A stretch of 64,000 nucleotides of DNA from an uncultured virus (IMG/VR IMGVR_UViG_3300020213_000017) (IMGVR_UViG_3300020213_000017), one strand, 5' to 3'. Counted from the first letter of the stretch, positions 39,025 to 48,254 are shown. Notes: generated from the sequence alone by a model not told the origin. Numbers and translations: made by a program.

Positions 39025-39359
39025 CCTAAAGACATGGAAGCACCGCGTTGACCATCTTTATAGTCAAGTTGGGGCTTGACAAAATCAGCACCGATAAACT
39101 CTTTTTTAGTCTTAATCTTATAGGCCACACTTTTCTTAACCACACTCTGATAGGTTATACCGCCAATAAATCCAGTTGTGTTCCAGGCTTCTTTGCCAAA
39201 AATGCGTTGGCCTTTTTCATTTCCATATTGAGTAATCTGATTCTCAAATTGGTTTACGCCCACAGTGATAGAGGTGGCTTCAACAGTTTTGTTACAGGCT
39301 TGATTATAATTGCCTGAGGTTCCTGAACATAGAGATATTATAAATAATTGGTAGAACAT
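39012..39359 (-). CDS. Hypothetical exported/outer-membrane-type protein
   Basis: Hydrophobic N-terminus and C-terminal LGWSW; start placed after the sigma70-like promoter. Confidence 0.55.
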   Translation of the reverse strand: MFYQLFIISLCSGTSGNYNQACNKTVEATSITVGVNQFENQITQYGNEKGQRIFGKEAWNTTGFIGGITYQSVVKKSVAYKIKTKKEFIGADFVKPQLDYKDGQRGASMSLGWSW

Positions 39360-39366
39360 GAATTCA

Positions 39367-39395
39367 ATCATATCAAATCACTCTTCTTTAGTCAA
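39367..39395 (-). promoter_or_regulatory. Sigma70-like promoter
   Basis: TTGACT-N17-TATGAT on the minus strand. Confidence 0.65.
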
Positions 39396-39398
39396 CCA

Positions 39399-41025
39399 CT
39401 ATAATCCACAAACTCCGTTAACACAGTTGTTTTCGTTTTCTTCAAACACCTTGCCTTCGGACTCTAGGGCTTCTTTTAGATCAACCCTGGTCAGAGGTTG
39501 ACCATCTCTGCATCCGTCTGGATACACTGTAAATCCACGCAATCGTTTAGCATATTTAAGAAGCATGTTAGCATTCTTCTCATAATTACTTTCATTATTT
39601 GATTCAGAACCCCACGGTGGCATGTTACATGTCGAAGAGATAGACATATCTACATGATTCTGAACATCTGCTTGGAATTTCACTCTTTGCTTGAACGTCA
39701 AATCATAAGAATCTTTAATGTTTTCTAATTTAACACCCATGTCCATTAGGCGTTTAACTGATCCATCTACTACGAACTGGTGTAGCCACCTACCATCTTC
39801 TGAATAGCCTGCGCTTGTAGGCCTTACAGAACAAAGGCTCTATGCCGGTAGTGGTTTCTGCAATAATGCCAATAGTGCCTGTGGGGGCAATGGCACGGAC
39901 GCCTTTAGGAACTGATACTCCTAGCTGCTTTGCGCCAACAAATGCGGCTGAATCGCTTTCTTGTTCGTAAATCGAGAGCCATTTGTGTAGCTCTGGAGTG
40001 GCTTCATATTCAGATCCACGAATCATGAGCCATTCATGAATACCGCCAAGGCCCAAACCAATGCGGTTGTTTCTAAGGCCGACTTCACGAATTTTTTCAG
40101 TAGGTACATGGCTGTAAATTCCGCCACAAAGCAAGAAAATTGTCCCATATTTACATGCTTCAGCAAATTCCACTTTGGTTTTACAGCGATTCATCCATAC
40201 TGTCCCAAGATTGCATTTGTCAGAGTCATCTTCACTTACGACTTCAGTGCAGGCATTACGAAGGTTCTCATTGTCCTTACGGAAATTAAAACTCATACCT
40301 GGCTCTGCAGTCGAAAAGGCCTGAAAACAGTTCTGCAGATACACTTTTAAAGCCAATTGATGTTTTGGATGATCTACATTCTCAATTGCAATAAAAAATT
40401 CTGTGTCATAAACCACAGAAATGTTGGTGAGCTCCATTGGCAAGGGAAAGGTTAAATCGGCTTTTTTGGCGGCTTTTAATGCTGGTGAGTAGTTTTTCAT
40501 GACCATAAACTTTAAAATATCTGGATGTGACCAATTCAAGCCTGCCCAAATAGCCGATCTGCGCTGGCCACCCTGCATGATATATCGTCCAGACTCGTTT
40601 ACCATATTCATTAGAGCTATTGGACCAGTTGATCTTCCGCCAGTGCGACGAATGATAGCACCTTCTTCACGGATTTTAGAATACTCAGCGCCAATGCCAC
40701 CGCCTGTCATCAGGGATGTACAGCCTTTTGACTGGAGTTCGGCCCATGACTCGCGACTGTCCTCTGGGCGGAAGAGAAAACAATTGTTTACTTGGTGAAA
40801 TTCTCGACCAGCAGCATATAAATAACGACCGCCTGGAATGAATTTGCGCTCTAGAATAAGCTGATAGATTTTCTCTCTAGTCTTGTTGTCTACGAGTTGG
40901 GCACATACCGATTCTACAACTCTTTTGGCCGTATCGGCCCAGGTTTCTACTCCATCCTTAGAATATTTTTGAAGGAAGGTGTCATAAGAATATTTGTTTG
41001 TGAAAACATCGTAAGCGCTTTTCAT
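39399..41025 (-). CDS. nrdJ: Ribonucleotide reductase, class II (B12-dependent) type, split by a +1 frameshift near 39807
   Basis: 5' ORF has PGGR, NNCF, GGGIG, NACTE, CNLG and IAPTGT; 3' ORF has VDMSISST, RGFTVYPDG and the C-terminal CVNGVC. The frames join at ...KRR(c)YSEDGRW... Class II is inferred from compact size and absence of nrdB in the window. Confidence 0.85.
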
Positions 41026-41080
41026 TTGGGCTCCAAAGAAGAATTAGGATAAATCTATAGTATTTTTGACGAAAAGAGGG

Positions 41081-41290
41081 CTACGAATCTGTAGCTTCTG
41101 GATTTCGACCAACAACAACGCGGGTGGATTTGGATGAAACATCAATTACACGACCATTCAGCTTAATAGTAAGAGCGGAATTATTCCAGTCTATCTTCAG
41201 ATGTACACCATCGGGCAATGTAATTTCAGTGTCATGTTTCAAAGTTTTGGTGTTTTTGGGGACAACGGGTACAGGACTATCTTTTGACAC
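41081..41290 (-). CDS. Hypothetical protein
   Basis: Co-oriented and abuts its neighbour. Confidence 0.5.
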   Translation of the reverse strand: MSKDSPVPVVPKNTKTLKHDTEITLPDGVHLKIDWNNSALTIKLNGRVIDVSSKSTRVVVGRNPEATDS

Positions 41291-41479
41291 TTATTTTCCT
41301 TCGGACACTGACATTTTAAGTTTGTCGATTTTTGCGGTTGTTTTTTTGATCTCCAGCCGGAGATAGTCTTTGTGGGCTTCAGGGTGATTCTTATGTTTTT
41401 CTGGAACGGGACTGATCAAACGTGTCTCGTGGTCAGCACGATATTTTAACAGGCTTTGAAGTTTTTCAGATGGTTTCAT
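41291..41479 (-). CDS. Hypothetical protein
   Basis: AGGAG SD. Confidence 0.6.
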   Translation of the reverse strand: MKPSEKLQSLLKYRADHETRLISPVPEKHKNHPEAHKDYLRLEIKKTTAKIDKLKMSVSEGK

Positions 41480-41552
41480 TTGGAGCTCCTTTTGATAATT
41501 TTGTCTGCAATTGCTTCTATATTGGTTTTAGTCTTTAGCTTTTGTCGCGTAG

Positions 41553-41840
41553 TCATCGCAGATCTCTCATGCGCTCTTGAAATCTGTCGCGAATAGTTTG
41601 AAGCAATTTGGGAATTGCCGGATTCACATTGCCACGGGCGATAAGGGCATTTAGAAGGATTCTTCCTTTAACCAGGGTCAAAAGATGGTTTGGATAATTG
41701 TGCATCTCTTTTTGGAAGCGAGAAATTTCTACAGCAATTTCCTCTTTGTCCATAAGAACAATCCTTGCTTTATACCCAGCAAACAACGTGACGCAGTCTT
41801 TTTCAATGCGAGCCTTCTTCAAACTAATAACGTTTTCCAT
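41553..41840 (-). CDS. Hypothetical protein
   Basis: Co-oriented ORF. Confidence 0.6.
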   Translation of the reverse strand: MENVISLKKARIEKDCVTLFAGYKARIVLMDKEEIAVEISRFQKEMHNYPNHLLTLVKGRILLNALIARGNVNPAIPKLLQTIRDRFQERMRDLR

Positions 41841-41956
41841 CTTTTAATCCTACCAAATCTAGAGAAGGTATTCAATAAAAATCTTTGTTCACTAACAGAT
41901 CTTTGTTCGCTAACAATGAACACGTCTAAGCGCCTGATTTTACTGCGTTTCCTTTT

Positions 41957-42571
41957 TCATTTGACTTCCCTTACAATTATTTCACCATTCTTAGGATGAG
42001 TCATTGTTTGTGGGTCCGTTCCGTCCATTTCGGCCAAGACCATTTTGATAAATTGTCCGTGCGATACAACCACGATATTGTCATGGCCCAGCGCGTGGGC
42101 GAGCTCTTCTACGAATCCCAGGAAGGTCTTGGCCCGCTCCCTAACATCGGCTAAACTTTCGCCACCATCGAATCTTACATGAAGATGTTGCTCCACAGAC
42201 CATTTGCTATGTTTGTACTTGAGAAATTTTTCCCAGTTAACAGGATGGTCTTTAAGATTCATGTCGTGCTCAACAATACCCTCGTGGATGCACGGTTCAG
42301 AAAAATCTTTCAGCACGGTTGAAGCGATCCTGTAGGTCTGAAAAGCTCTGGTCCAAGGAGAAACCACAAAGATCGTGGATGCTCCTGGGGTTAACATTTC
42401 CTTAAGAGTTTTACCAACCTGAACAGCATCGTGATACCCCTGCTCTGCAAGCTGAATGTCTTTGTCATCCTTCGTAAACAAGATATCGTAATTCTCGTTA
42501 GCTTCGCTTTTACCGTGTCTTATTAAATACAATTTTTTGATACTCATTAAATAACCACCATGTATATCCAA
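41957..42571 (-). CDS. Histidine phosphatase (phosphoglycerate mutase family)
   Basis: LIRHGKS, SPWTRAFQT, GGESL and VVSHG motifs. Confidence 0.9.
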   Translation of the reverse strand: MDIHGGYLMSIKKLYLIRHGKSEANENYDILFTKDDKDIQLAEQGYHDAVQVGKTLKEMLTPGASTIFVVSPWTRAFQTYRIASTVLKDFSEPCIHEGIVEHDMNLKDHPVNWEKFLKYKHSKWSVEQHLHVRFDGGESLADVRERAKTFLGFVEELAHALGHDNIVVVSHGQFIKMVLAEMDGTDPQTMTHPKNGEIIVREVK

Positions 42572-42777
42572 AGACCGCGTTTGGGAATTTTTCCAATTAT
42601 CTCGATTTTTAAATAACTTAAAGCCTTTTCTCTTACTACGGCAGAAAAGATCTTTTGAACGCGGATATCAACTGGGATAGCTGCTAATATCACGCTGTAT
42701 TCAGTATTTCCTTGATATGGAATTTTTATTGTGCGCTTGTTTATCCTTGTCAAAATCCTGTCGGAAATCATAAACAC

Positions 42778-43131
42778 CTATTTATTGTAAATCAAACGAC
42801 CCTTTACCAGGGTAGCGCCCGTTTTGAAGCCAGTTATGGCCGACTGTGTTAGCTGTTGTTTTGGCTCTTCCTGTTTTGTCTTTTTTTGGGAAAACCTATG
42901 CCCACGTAACTCAAGCCATGTTTCTCCGCTGTGTTCGCCAGCTTCAGTGATTTCGATACTAACATATCCCTTGGTCATGGCAACTTGCTCTGCCTGTTTG
43001 ATTTCGCGAATTAGCTCTAACAAGGAATTGCTCAGATCAGCAATTACCTCGTCTACGGGGCCACCGTTGGCCACTGATGGTATCGAAAATGTTCTAATCA
43101 GCTTACGTTTCTTCATATCGCGCCTTTTCAA
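42778..43131 (-). CDS. Hypothetical protein
   Basis: Co-oriented ORF. Confidence 0.55.
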   Translation of the reverse strand: MKRRDMKKRKLIRTFSIPSVANGGPVDEVIADLSNSLLELIREIKQAEQVAMTKGYVSIEITEAGEHSGETWLELRGHRFSQKKTKQEEPKQQLTQSAITGFKTGATLVKGRLIYNK

Positions 43132-43465
43132 AATGAAACATTATAGGAAATTCTTTTACGGTAATCTGACCGTATTTCTCAGCCAAACGAAAGTTTACGC
43201 TTGTTTTTCGTGCTCTGGTGACCTGTTCTTCAAGGTTTTTACGGAACGTCTCTAAGGACAGTACGTTCTTGTAGTTATTGCAAGCGAAGCAAGAGGGCAT
43301 CAAATTCTCGATATCGTCTGTTCCACCATACTCAATTGCTCTAATATGGTCAATCTGGAGCTTTTCGGGTTTCTCACCACAATATCCGCAGTGATGGTCA
43401 TATTTAGCCTTCACTTGCTCGCGGAGCTTTTTTGGGATAGCCTTACGACTTGGTTTTGGCCACAT
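43103..43465 (-). CDS. HNH endonuclease
   Basis: CGYCG...IDH.....GG.D..ENL.PSC..CN..K. Confidence 0.9.
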   Translation of the reverse strand: MWPKPSRKAIPKKLREQVKAKYDHHCGYCGEKPEKLQIDHIRAIEYGGTDDIENLMPSCFACNNYKNVLSLETFRKNLEEQVTRARKTSVNFRLAEKYGQITVKEFPIMFHFEKARYEET

Positions 43466-43777
43466 TACCCATGCCTCGTGGCAATTTTAATGAGCTCTGA
43501 TTCGCCGTAATACCATTTGACAAAATGATAGGTTACAAAATCGAGAGAAACAGTAAGTGTACCCCTACCATTTGCATATGCAAGGGTTGTTTCATAATAA
43601 AAACCAGCGCGTTTCCAGGGATCGGTCATAGACATTCCTTTAACACGCCGCTAAAATAGAACAAGCTAAGACCAATAGCAACATTGGTTGTTGCGTCTTT
43701 TAGCAAGAATAAAAAGCCAAGAAAGGTCATAAAACTGAGAAACCTACGGGATATTTTTACACGCTTTAGTCTTTTCA

Positions 43778-43993
43778 TTATTTTCCAAACATTATGACTA
43801 ACAAGATAAAAATCGACGCAACGTTGAGAACAATTACACTGACTTCCAATCTATTAAGCCTATCTCTAGTGCTCTTGCCGTCAATCTTCAAATCAGCGTC
43901 TGTTAAATTACTGGCTTCCAATCTATTAAGCCTATCTCTAGTGCTCTTGCCGTCAATCTTCAAATCAGCGTCTGTTAAATTACAGGTTTTCAT
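43778..43993 (-). CDS. Small membrane-anchored protein with a 24-aa internal duplication
   Basis: 72-bp direct repeat at 43843-43983; C-terminal TM segment. Confidence 0.6.
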   Translation of the reverse strand: MKTCNLTDADLKIDGKSTRDRLNRLEASNLTDADLKIDGKSTRDRLNRLEVSVIVLNVASIFILLVIMFGK

Positions 43994-44234
43994 CTTTATT
44001 TTCCTTCATATATGTTTTGGTAAAATTAACCATTGTTAAATATAGAATAGCAGTGTTACCCCCTTTAGTCAAGCAATAAAAAACCCACTCAATGGTGGGT
44101 TTTAAGAGATTGGCGGTAAGAGCTATAATCTCAAGCTCAGTCATAACACCTTGACCAAGTAGCTGGGATAGCTCATTGGCGGCTGCCCTGTCTGTTAGCG
44201 AAATTACCAACCTGTCTCTTAAGTTCTTAGACAT
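43980..44234 (-). CDS. Hypothetical protein
   Basis: Co-oriented ORF; its 3' part overlaps a promoter. Confidence 0.4.
   Translation of the reverse strand: MSKNLRDRLVISLTDRAAANELSQLLGQGVMTELEIIALTANLLKPTIEWVFYCLTKGGNTAILYLTMVNFTKTYMKENKDENL
44044..44072 (-). promoter_or_regulatory. Sigma70-like promoter
   Basis: TTGACT-N17-TATTCT upstream of the 43993 start. Confidence 0.55.
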
Positions 44235-44357
44235 CCCTATATCTTATAGATTAGTGCGCAAAGCCAGCGCGAGCTGGCCTTCGCGTGTACTGAAGGTAAA
44301 ACGAATTGTTAAGGTCTTGTATTCTTTGTGAATTATCGGCTCAAGCCTTTGGTTTCT

Positions 44358-44771
44358 TTACCATTTACGCCTCTTTTCATCGCACACTTCACAGAAATCA
44401 AAGGAATCCATGATTCCTTCGTAATGTTTCCACTTATGACTCCAACAGGGAACTTTGATCTCTTTTTCAACAATAGGACCATCTCCGTAATTTGCTATCA
44501 CAGAGTCACCGCTAGAAAGGATCTGAAAAGGAACTTGAGACAAAATATAATCGCCCATTCGTTTACCGAACTCGGTGTCAGATTCACCACCATACATATA
44601 CCACTGACGCTTTAGACCATATACATTGCCAAGGTCGGCTAATTCATTGGCGGTTAGACCGCTTATAGCCATTTTAATAACATCTTCTAACGTAACACCT
44701 GCTGGCCTCATTCTTTCCAGAGTGTTTGTGTCCATAGAGAATAATAGAGCTTGAGCATCCTTCATTGTCAT
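44358..44771 (-). CDS. Hypothetical protein with C-terminal CxH...CxxC
   Basis: ATGA coupling with the upstream gene. Confidence 0.6.
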   Translation of the reverse strand: MTMKDAQALLFSMDTNTLERMRPAGVTLEDVIKMAISGLTANELADLGNVYGLKRQWYMYGGESDTEFGKRMGDYILSQVPFQILSSGDSVIANYGDGPIVEKEIKVPCWSHKWKHYEGIMDSFDFCEVCDEKRRKW

Positions 44772-45139
44772 TTGAATTTCTCGAATTTACCTAGGGTGGA
44801 TTCTTTTTCAATAAGCTCGGCCAATTTCTTTTGTGCTTTTTCCAAGCCATCGCGCATCCAGTTGCCCATCCAGTTGCCCATTACGGATTTTTGGCCGCTG
44901 TACTCTTCGAGGATCTCTTCGTACCATTTCACGCGATATTCGAGACGAGCCTTCATGTTGGGCTTACGCTTGCCCTTGTGCTTATCTAGGTAAGTCTCTT
45001 CTGCTTCAGCAAGCTGTTGTTTGATCTCAGCTTTGGAATACATACGTTCTTCAGAGTCACCCTTACAGGCCTTGCCCTGATTCCAACCGCCTTTTGCGCG
45101 TTTCTTATAGGCTTGCATTACATTAGATCCCTTCGCCAT
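44768..45139 (-). CDS. Hypothetical basic protein
   Basis: Co-oriented ORF. Confidence 0.65.
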   Translation of the reverse strand: MAKGSNVMQAYKKRAKGGWNQGKACKGDSEERMYSKAEIKQQLAEAEETYLDKHKGKRKPNMKARLEYRVKWYEEILEEYSGQKSVMGNWMGNWMRDGLEKAQKKLAELIEKESTLGKFEKFK

Positions 45140-45466
45140 GTTGTCTTTTTTCCACCTAGGTCTGAGGTTTTTATAGTTACAGGCCTTTCTTTTCGTAGGC
45201 GCGTCTTTGGAACATATCTAACCTTTCCATACCCATTTCGACACTCCGTACACCAGGAGCTCAATCCAGACCTGAGCTTAAGATTGGGTTTAAAGGCCTT
45301 CGCTGGCTTTGTGAGCCCGCATTTCTTACACCCCGCTCTGGGTTAAACACTTGCGGTGGCTTAGGAGCTATAGGTCTTGCACCACGATGACAGGCCACAT
45401 TTAAGCTTCATGTTGGGCTTAAAGAGATGGGTCTTTATGTTCCTTACATCGCGCACAGGTCTTCAT
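45140..45466 (-). pseudogene. Frameshifted tandem zinc-ribbon gene (type often fused to HNH/EndoVII nucleases)
   Basis: MKTCARCKEHK / FKPNMKLKCGLSSWCK and CKKCGLTK..AFKPNLKLRSGLSSWCTEC, broken by frameshifts and stops. Confidence 0.6.
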
Positions 45467-45905
45467 ATTGATATTGTAGCACTTTTCTGGAAAAATTTTA
45501 AAAAAATTTTAGAGGTCTTTTTGACAAAAATTATCAGGAAATTTTGGTTTGTGTCTGAGCATATACCTCAGGGGTTGACCAAACTATATACACCAATCAC
45601 GGGAAACACGTTTTCCCTCAATATTTCGCATAGTTGCACAGATACATGTCAGAGATATAACAGGTGTAGCTGTCAGGATACACCTATCTCCTCACTGAGG
45701 CATTTACACTAAACATTAGACACCTTGCATTGTCGTAGGCTATTTGCTATACATACCGCATAGTTACCTTGACCAAACTATTGACAGTCTCCTCTATGAT
45801 ACCTTGTGGGCTTTCATCCTATATATGTGACTAGGTGACTAGGTGTCTACTGTATAGGTGCCTTGTGCCTTGTAGTGTCTACTGTATAGGTGTCTTGTAC
45901 TGTAT

Positions 45906-46032
45906 AGGTGTCTGCTGAATTATTCAATGATATCAGGTACTGTCTAAAAGTTCTACACTATCGTTTTTCGGTGCCTTAATGTTATCACGTAGTTATGTTT
46001 GGCATTGTCAATGCATTGTATAGTTAAGAGGT
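45906..46032 (+). promoter_or_regulatory. Sigma54-type promoter cassette copy 1
   Basis: TGTCTAAAAGTTCTACA at 45941-57; IHF-like TATCACGTAGTTA; GG 46001-2 / GC 46013-14 (N10); AAGAGG SD. Confidence 0.75.
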
Positions 46033-46036
46033 AACT

Positions 46037-46186
46037 ATGAAGCTTTTAGTTTTCGTTTTTGGCAATAACTTAGACTCACGAACCATAAGCGTTAAAGGCA
46101 GTACTATGCGGAATGCAATGCATGGCGCAGCAATGAGCCTAAAAGTAAAAGAATGCAATTTGATATTTTTATCGGTAAAGGAATAA
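46037..46186 (+). CDS. Small hypothetical protein (49 aa)
   Basis: Below the track cutoff; MKLLVFVFGNN... follows the cassette SD. Confidence 0.6.
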   Translation: MKLLVFVFGNNLDSRTISVKGSTMRNAMHGAAMSLKVKECNLIFLSVKE

Positions 46187-46187
46187 T

Positions 46188-46409
46188 ATGAATAATCCAC
46201 TAACGCCTTTTTTTGTAAACCTTCCATCAAAGGCCGTGCGCAAAACTATAGATACATGGGAGTTACATGTTGACTATGGGCAAGGTTATGAACACGAATT
46301 GACGGAAGAATCCAGACAAGAAGCCAATACAAGGCTTAAGGAATACCGTGTGAATTGCCCACAATATCCTGCAAAGATCATAAAGCGTAGAGAAAGAAAG
46401 CCTGTTTAA
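46188..46409 (+). CDS. Hypothetical phage early protein
   Basis: AAGGA SD; YGQGYE...A...LKEYR.N pattern. Confidence 0.7.
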   Translation: MNNPLTPFFVNLPSKAVRKTIDTWELHVDYGQGYEHELTEESRQEANTRLKEYRVNCPQYPAKIIKRRERKPV

Positions 46410-46500
46410 AGCTTGGTCAGGTAAAGCCTGTTTAAAGCTTGGTCAGGTAAAGCCTGTTTAAAGCTTGGTCAGGTGAAGCCTGTTTAAAGCTTGGTCAGGT
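46397..46500. repeat. 26-bp tandem repeat x4
   Basis: AAAGCCTGTTTAAAGCTTGGTCAGGT at 46397, 46423, 46449 and 46475 (one mismatch in the last). Confidence 0.95.
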
Positions 46501-46707
46501 GAGATGCGCGGGGCACAAAACGGCCTTATATTGCTATTTTTTGGCCATAACGATTATATAAGACTTGAGCTTATGGCAAAGTTTATGCCAATTGACCACG
46601 TAGCTATTATCTCAGCATTATCATATGGTTACGTGATTTTGCTTTACTTGACTTATATAGTGGCCATTAGCAAGATGCGCGATATCAGGCCGCTTCTTGT
46701 CGCGTAA

Positions 46708-46890
46708 CCTATTCCTTATTCCTTATTCCTATTCCCTATTCCCTATCCCTATTCCTTATTCCTTGTTCCCTATTCCTTATTCCTTGTTCCCTATGCCTTA
46801 TGCCTTATTCCCTTCCTATCCCGTGCTTATAGCTAATATCTTGTACCTTATGCCCTGTTCCTTGTGCCTATAGCTAATACCTTGTACCTT
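46708..46890. repeat. Pyrimidine-rich ~7-bp degenerate tandem repeat
   Basis: CCTTATT/CCCTATT/CCTTGTT units. Confidence 0.85.
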
Positions 46891-46900
46891 AGAAGTGTCT

Positions 46901-47030
46901 AGGTGACTACTGAATTATTCAATGATATCGGGTACTGACCAAAAGTTCTACATTGTCGTTTTTTAGGTGCCTTAATGATATCACATAGTTATGTTTGGCA
47001 TTGTCAATGCACTACATAGTTAAGAGGTGA
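46901..47030 (+). promoter_or_regulatory. Sigma54-type promoter cassette copy 2
   Basis: TGACCAAAAGTTCTACA at 46936-52; GG 46997-8 / GC 47009-10; GAGGTG SD. Confidence 0.75.
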
Positions 47031-47032
47031 CT

Positions 47033-47350
47033 ATGGAAAAACAGACTTTTAAACAATGGTTTGATAAGCATTTGATTGATTTTGCCGAAGATATCCGTAA
47101 TCATGGTTGTGAGGCAGGTTTTCCTAATATAACCTATACTGCTGATTGCGTAACTCTTTATGATCAATTTGAAGATGAAATATTTGAAGCCTTGAATTGT
47201 GATGCTTTTGACATGGGCTACGAATGCATAGATGAATTGACTGCTACTTTTGAGCGCAAGGATATGCTAAACGCTATTGATACGCGCAAGAACCTTCTTG
47301 TTTGGTATATGGCAGAAAGAGAAGCCCATGAGAGAGAGATTGATGAATAA
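47033..47350 (+). CDS. Acidic hypothetical phage early protein
   Basis: HGC..GF...TY..D....YD...DEI...N.LVW pattern; Asp/Glu-rich. Confidence 0.75.
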   Translation: MEKQTFKQWFDKHLIDFAEDIRNHGCEAGFPNITYTADCVTLYDQFEDEIFEALNCDAFDMGYECIDELTATFERKDMLNAIDTRKNLLVWYMAEREAHEREIDE

Positions 47351-47585
47351 GCAAGAAGCAATCAAGGCAGCAAAAAGGAAACTGAAGATGACAAAACGCG
47401 AAGCAATCAAAAAGGCAAAAAGCAGATTAAAAGTGTCTGGAATTCCTGGCATCTGGAATTTTTGGCTACTAGAGGATGGAACTTTACACCGAGAATACCA
47501 ATGTGGGCAAGGCGCATGGTTTTTGTTGGAAAAGGACGATAGCGGAAAAATCTATGAGCTAGACCAAGATGGATGTGGAAAATGA
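47343..47585 (+). CDS. Hypothetical protein with duplicated basic N-terminal helix
   Basis: MNKQEAIKAAKRKLK / MTKREAIKKAKSRLK. Confidence 0.55.
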   Translation: MNKQEAIKAAKRKLKMTKREAIKKAKSRLKVSGIPGIWNFWLLEDGTLHREYQCGQGAWFLLEKDDSGKIYELDQDGCGK

Positions 47586-48130
47586 AAATTCGTATGCTTA
47601 ACCGTATCAAAAAACAAATGGTTGCAATCAGTGCCGATAAAGAAAAGGAATTGATTAAATTAAAAGACAAGGCTATAAGGGTATTCAGTATGGAAATGAA
47701 AACCAAGAGAGCTATCATTGCCAAGATGGTAGAATCATTGGGCAATTCTAGAGAATTGACTACTGTACCGTACGATGATAGTTTCCATGCATGGATTAGG
47801 GTTGACCTTAGTCTATTGATTGATACAAAAGATAAATTAGAGCGCGAATTGCTGAAAGAATACTTTGATTTAGAATTTATCGGTATTGATTTTGAAAATG
47901 ACTGCATCACTACATCCGAAGGGCCTTGCATTGTGATTAATCATGAAGGTGATGTATTAGACCAAGACAGTAATAAATGGTTTATCTCCAAGCGTGATTA
48001 CGAGACTGTAGAAAGCCGAAATAAGCTTATCGAAGCCTACATGGAAAAGTCAGGTTACTTTCCATCTATAGTTAAATGTGATTATTACGGTAATCCTTCT
48101 TATGCTAATCCTTCTTATGCTAGTGTATAG
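47582..48130 (+). CDS. Hypothetical protein
   Basis: ATGA coupling; 3' end carries a 15-bp duplication (NPSYA x2). Confidence 0.7.
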   Translation: MKIRMLNRIKKQMVAISADKEKELIKLKDKAIRVFSMEMKTKRAIIAKMVESLGNSRELTTVPYDDSFHAWIRVDLSLLIDTKDKLERELLKEYFDLEFIGIDFENDCITTSEGPCIVINHEGDVLDQDSNKWFISKRDYETVESRNKLIEAYMEKSGYFPSIVKCDYYGNPSYANPSYASV

Positions 48131-48254
48131 GTGACTACTGAATTATTCAATGATATCGGGTACTGACCAAAAGTTCTACAAAAGTGTTTTTTAGCATCTA
48201 ATGATATCAACAACTTAGCATTGGCATTGTCAATGCATTGTATAGTAAAGAGGT
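48129..48254 (+). promoter_or_regulatory. Sigma54-type promoter cassette copy 3
   Basis: 17-mer at 48164-80; exact IHF consensus TATCAACAACTTA at 48205-17; GG 48223-4 / GC 48235-6. Confidence 0.78.

Noticed and set aside
38015..39792. TAG stop-codon reassignment
   Set aside because: Long ORFs are intact in the standard code and several end in TAG. The nrdJ break needs a frame change, and ligase readthrough adds only a short tail.
45377..45712. 111-aa plus-strand ORF
   Set aside because: TTG start without SD, antisense to the zinc-ribbon relic, and running through A/T tracts.
46397..46500. CRISPR array
   Set aside because: The 26-bp units are contiguous with no spacers, and no cas genes are visible.
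46504..46707. 67-aa hydrophobic ORF
   Set aside because: Its SD-like sequence comes from the tandem repeat and it spans regulatory-looking DNA; not supportable as a gene.
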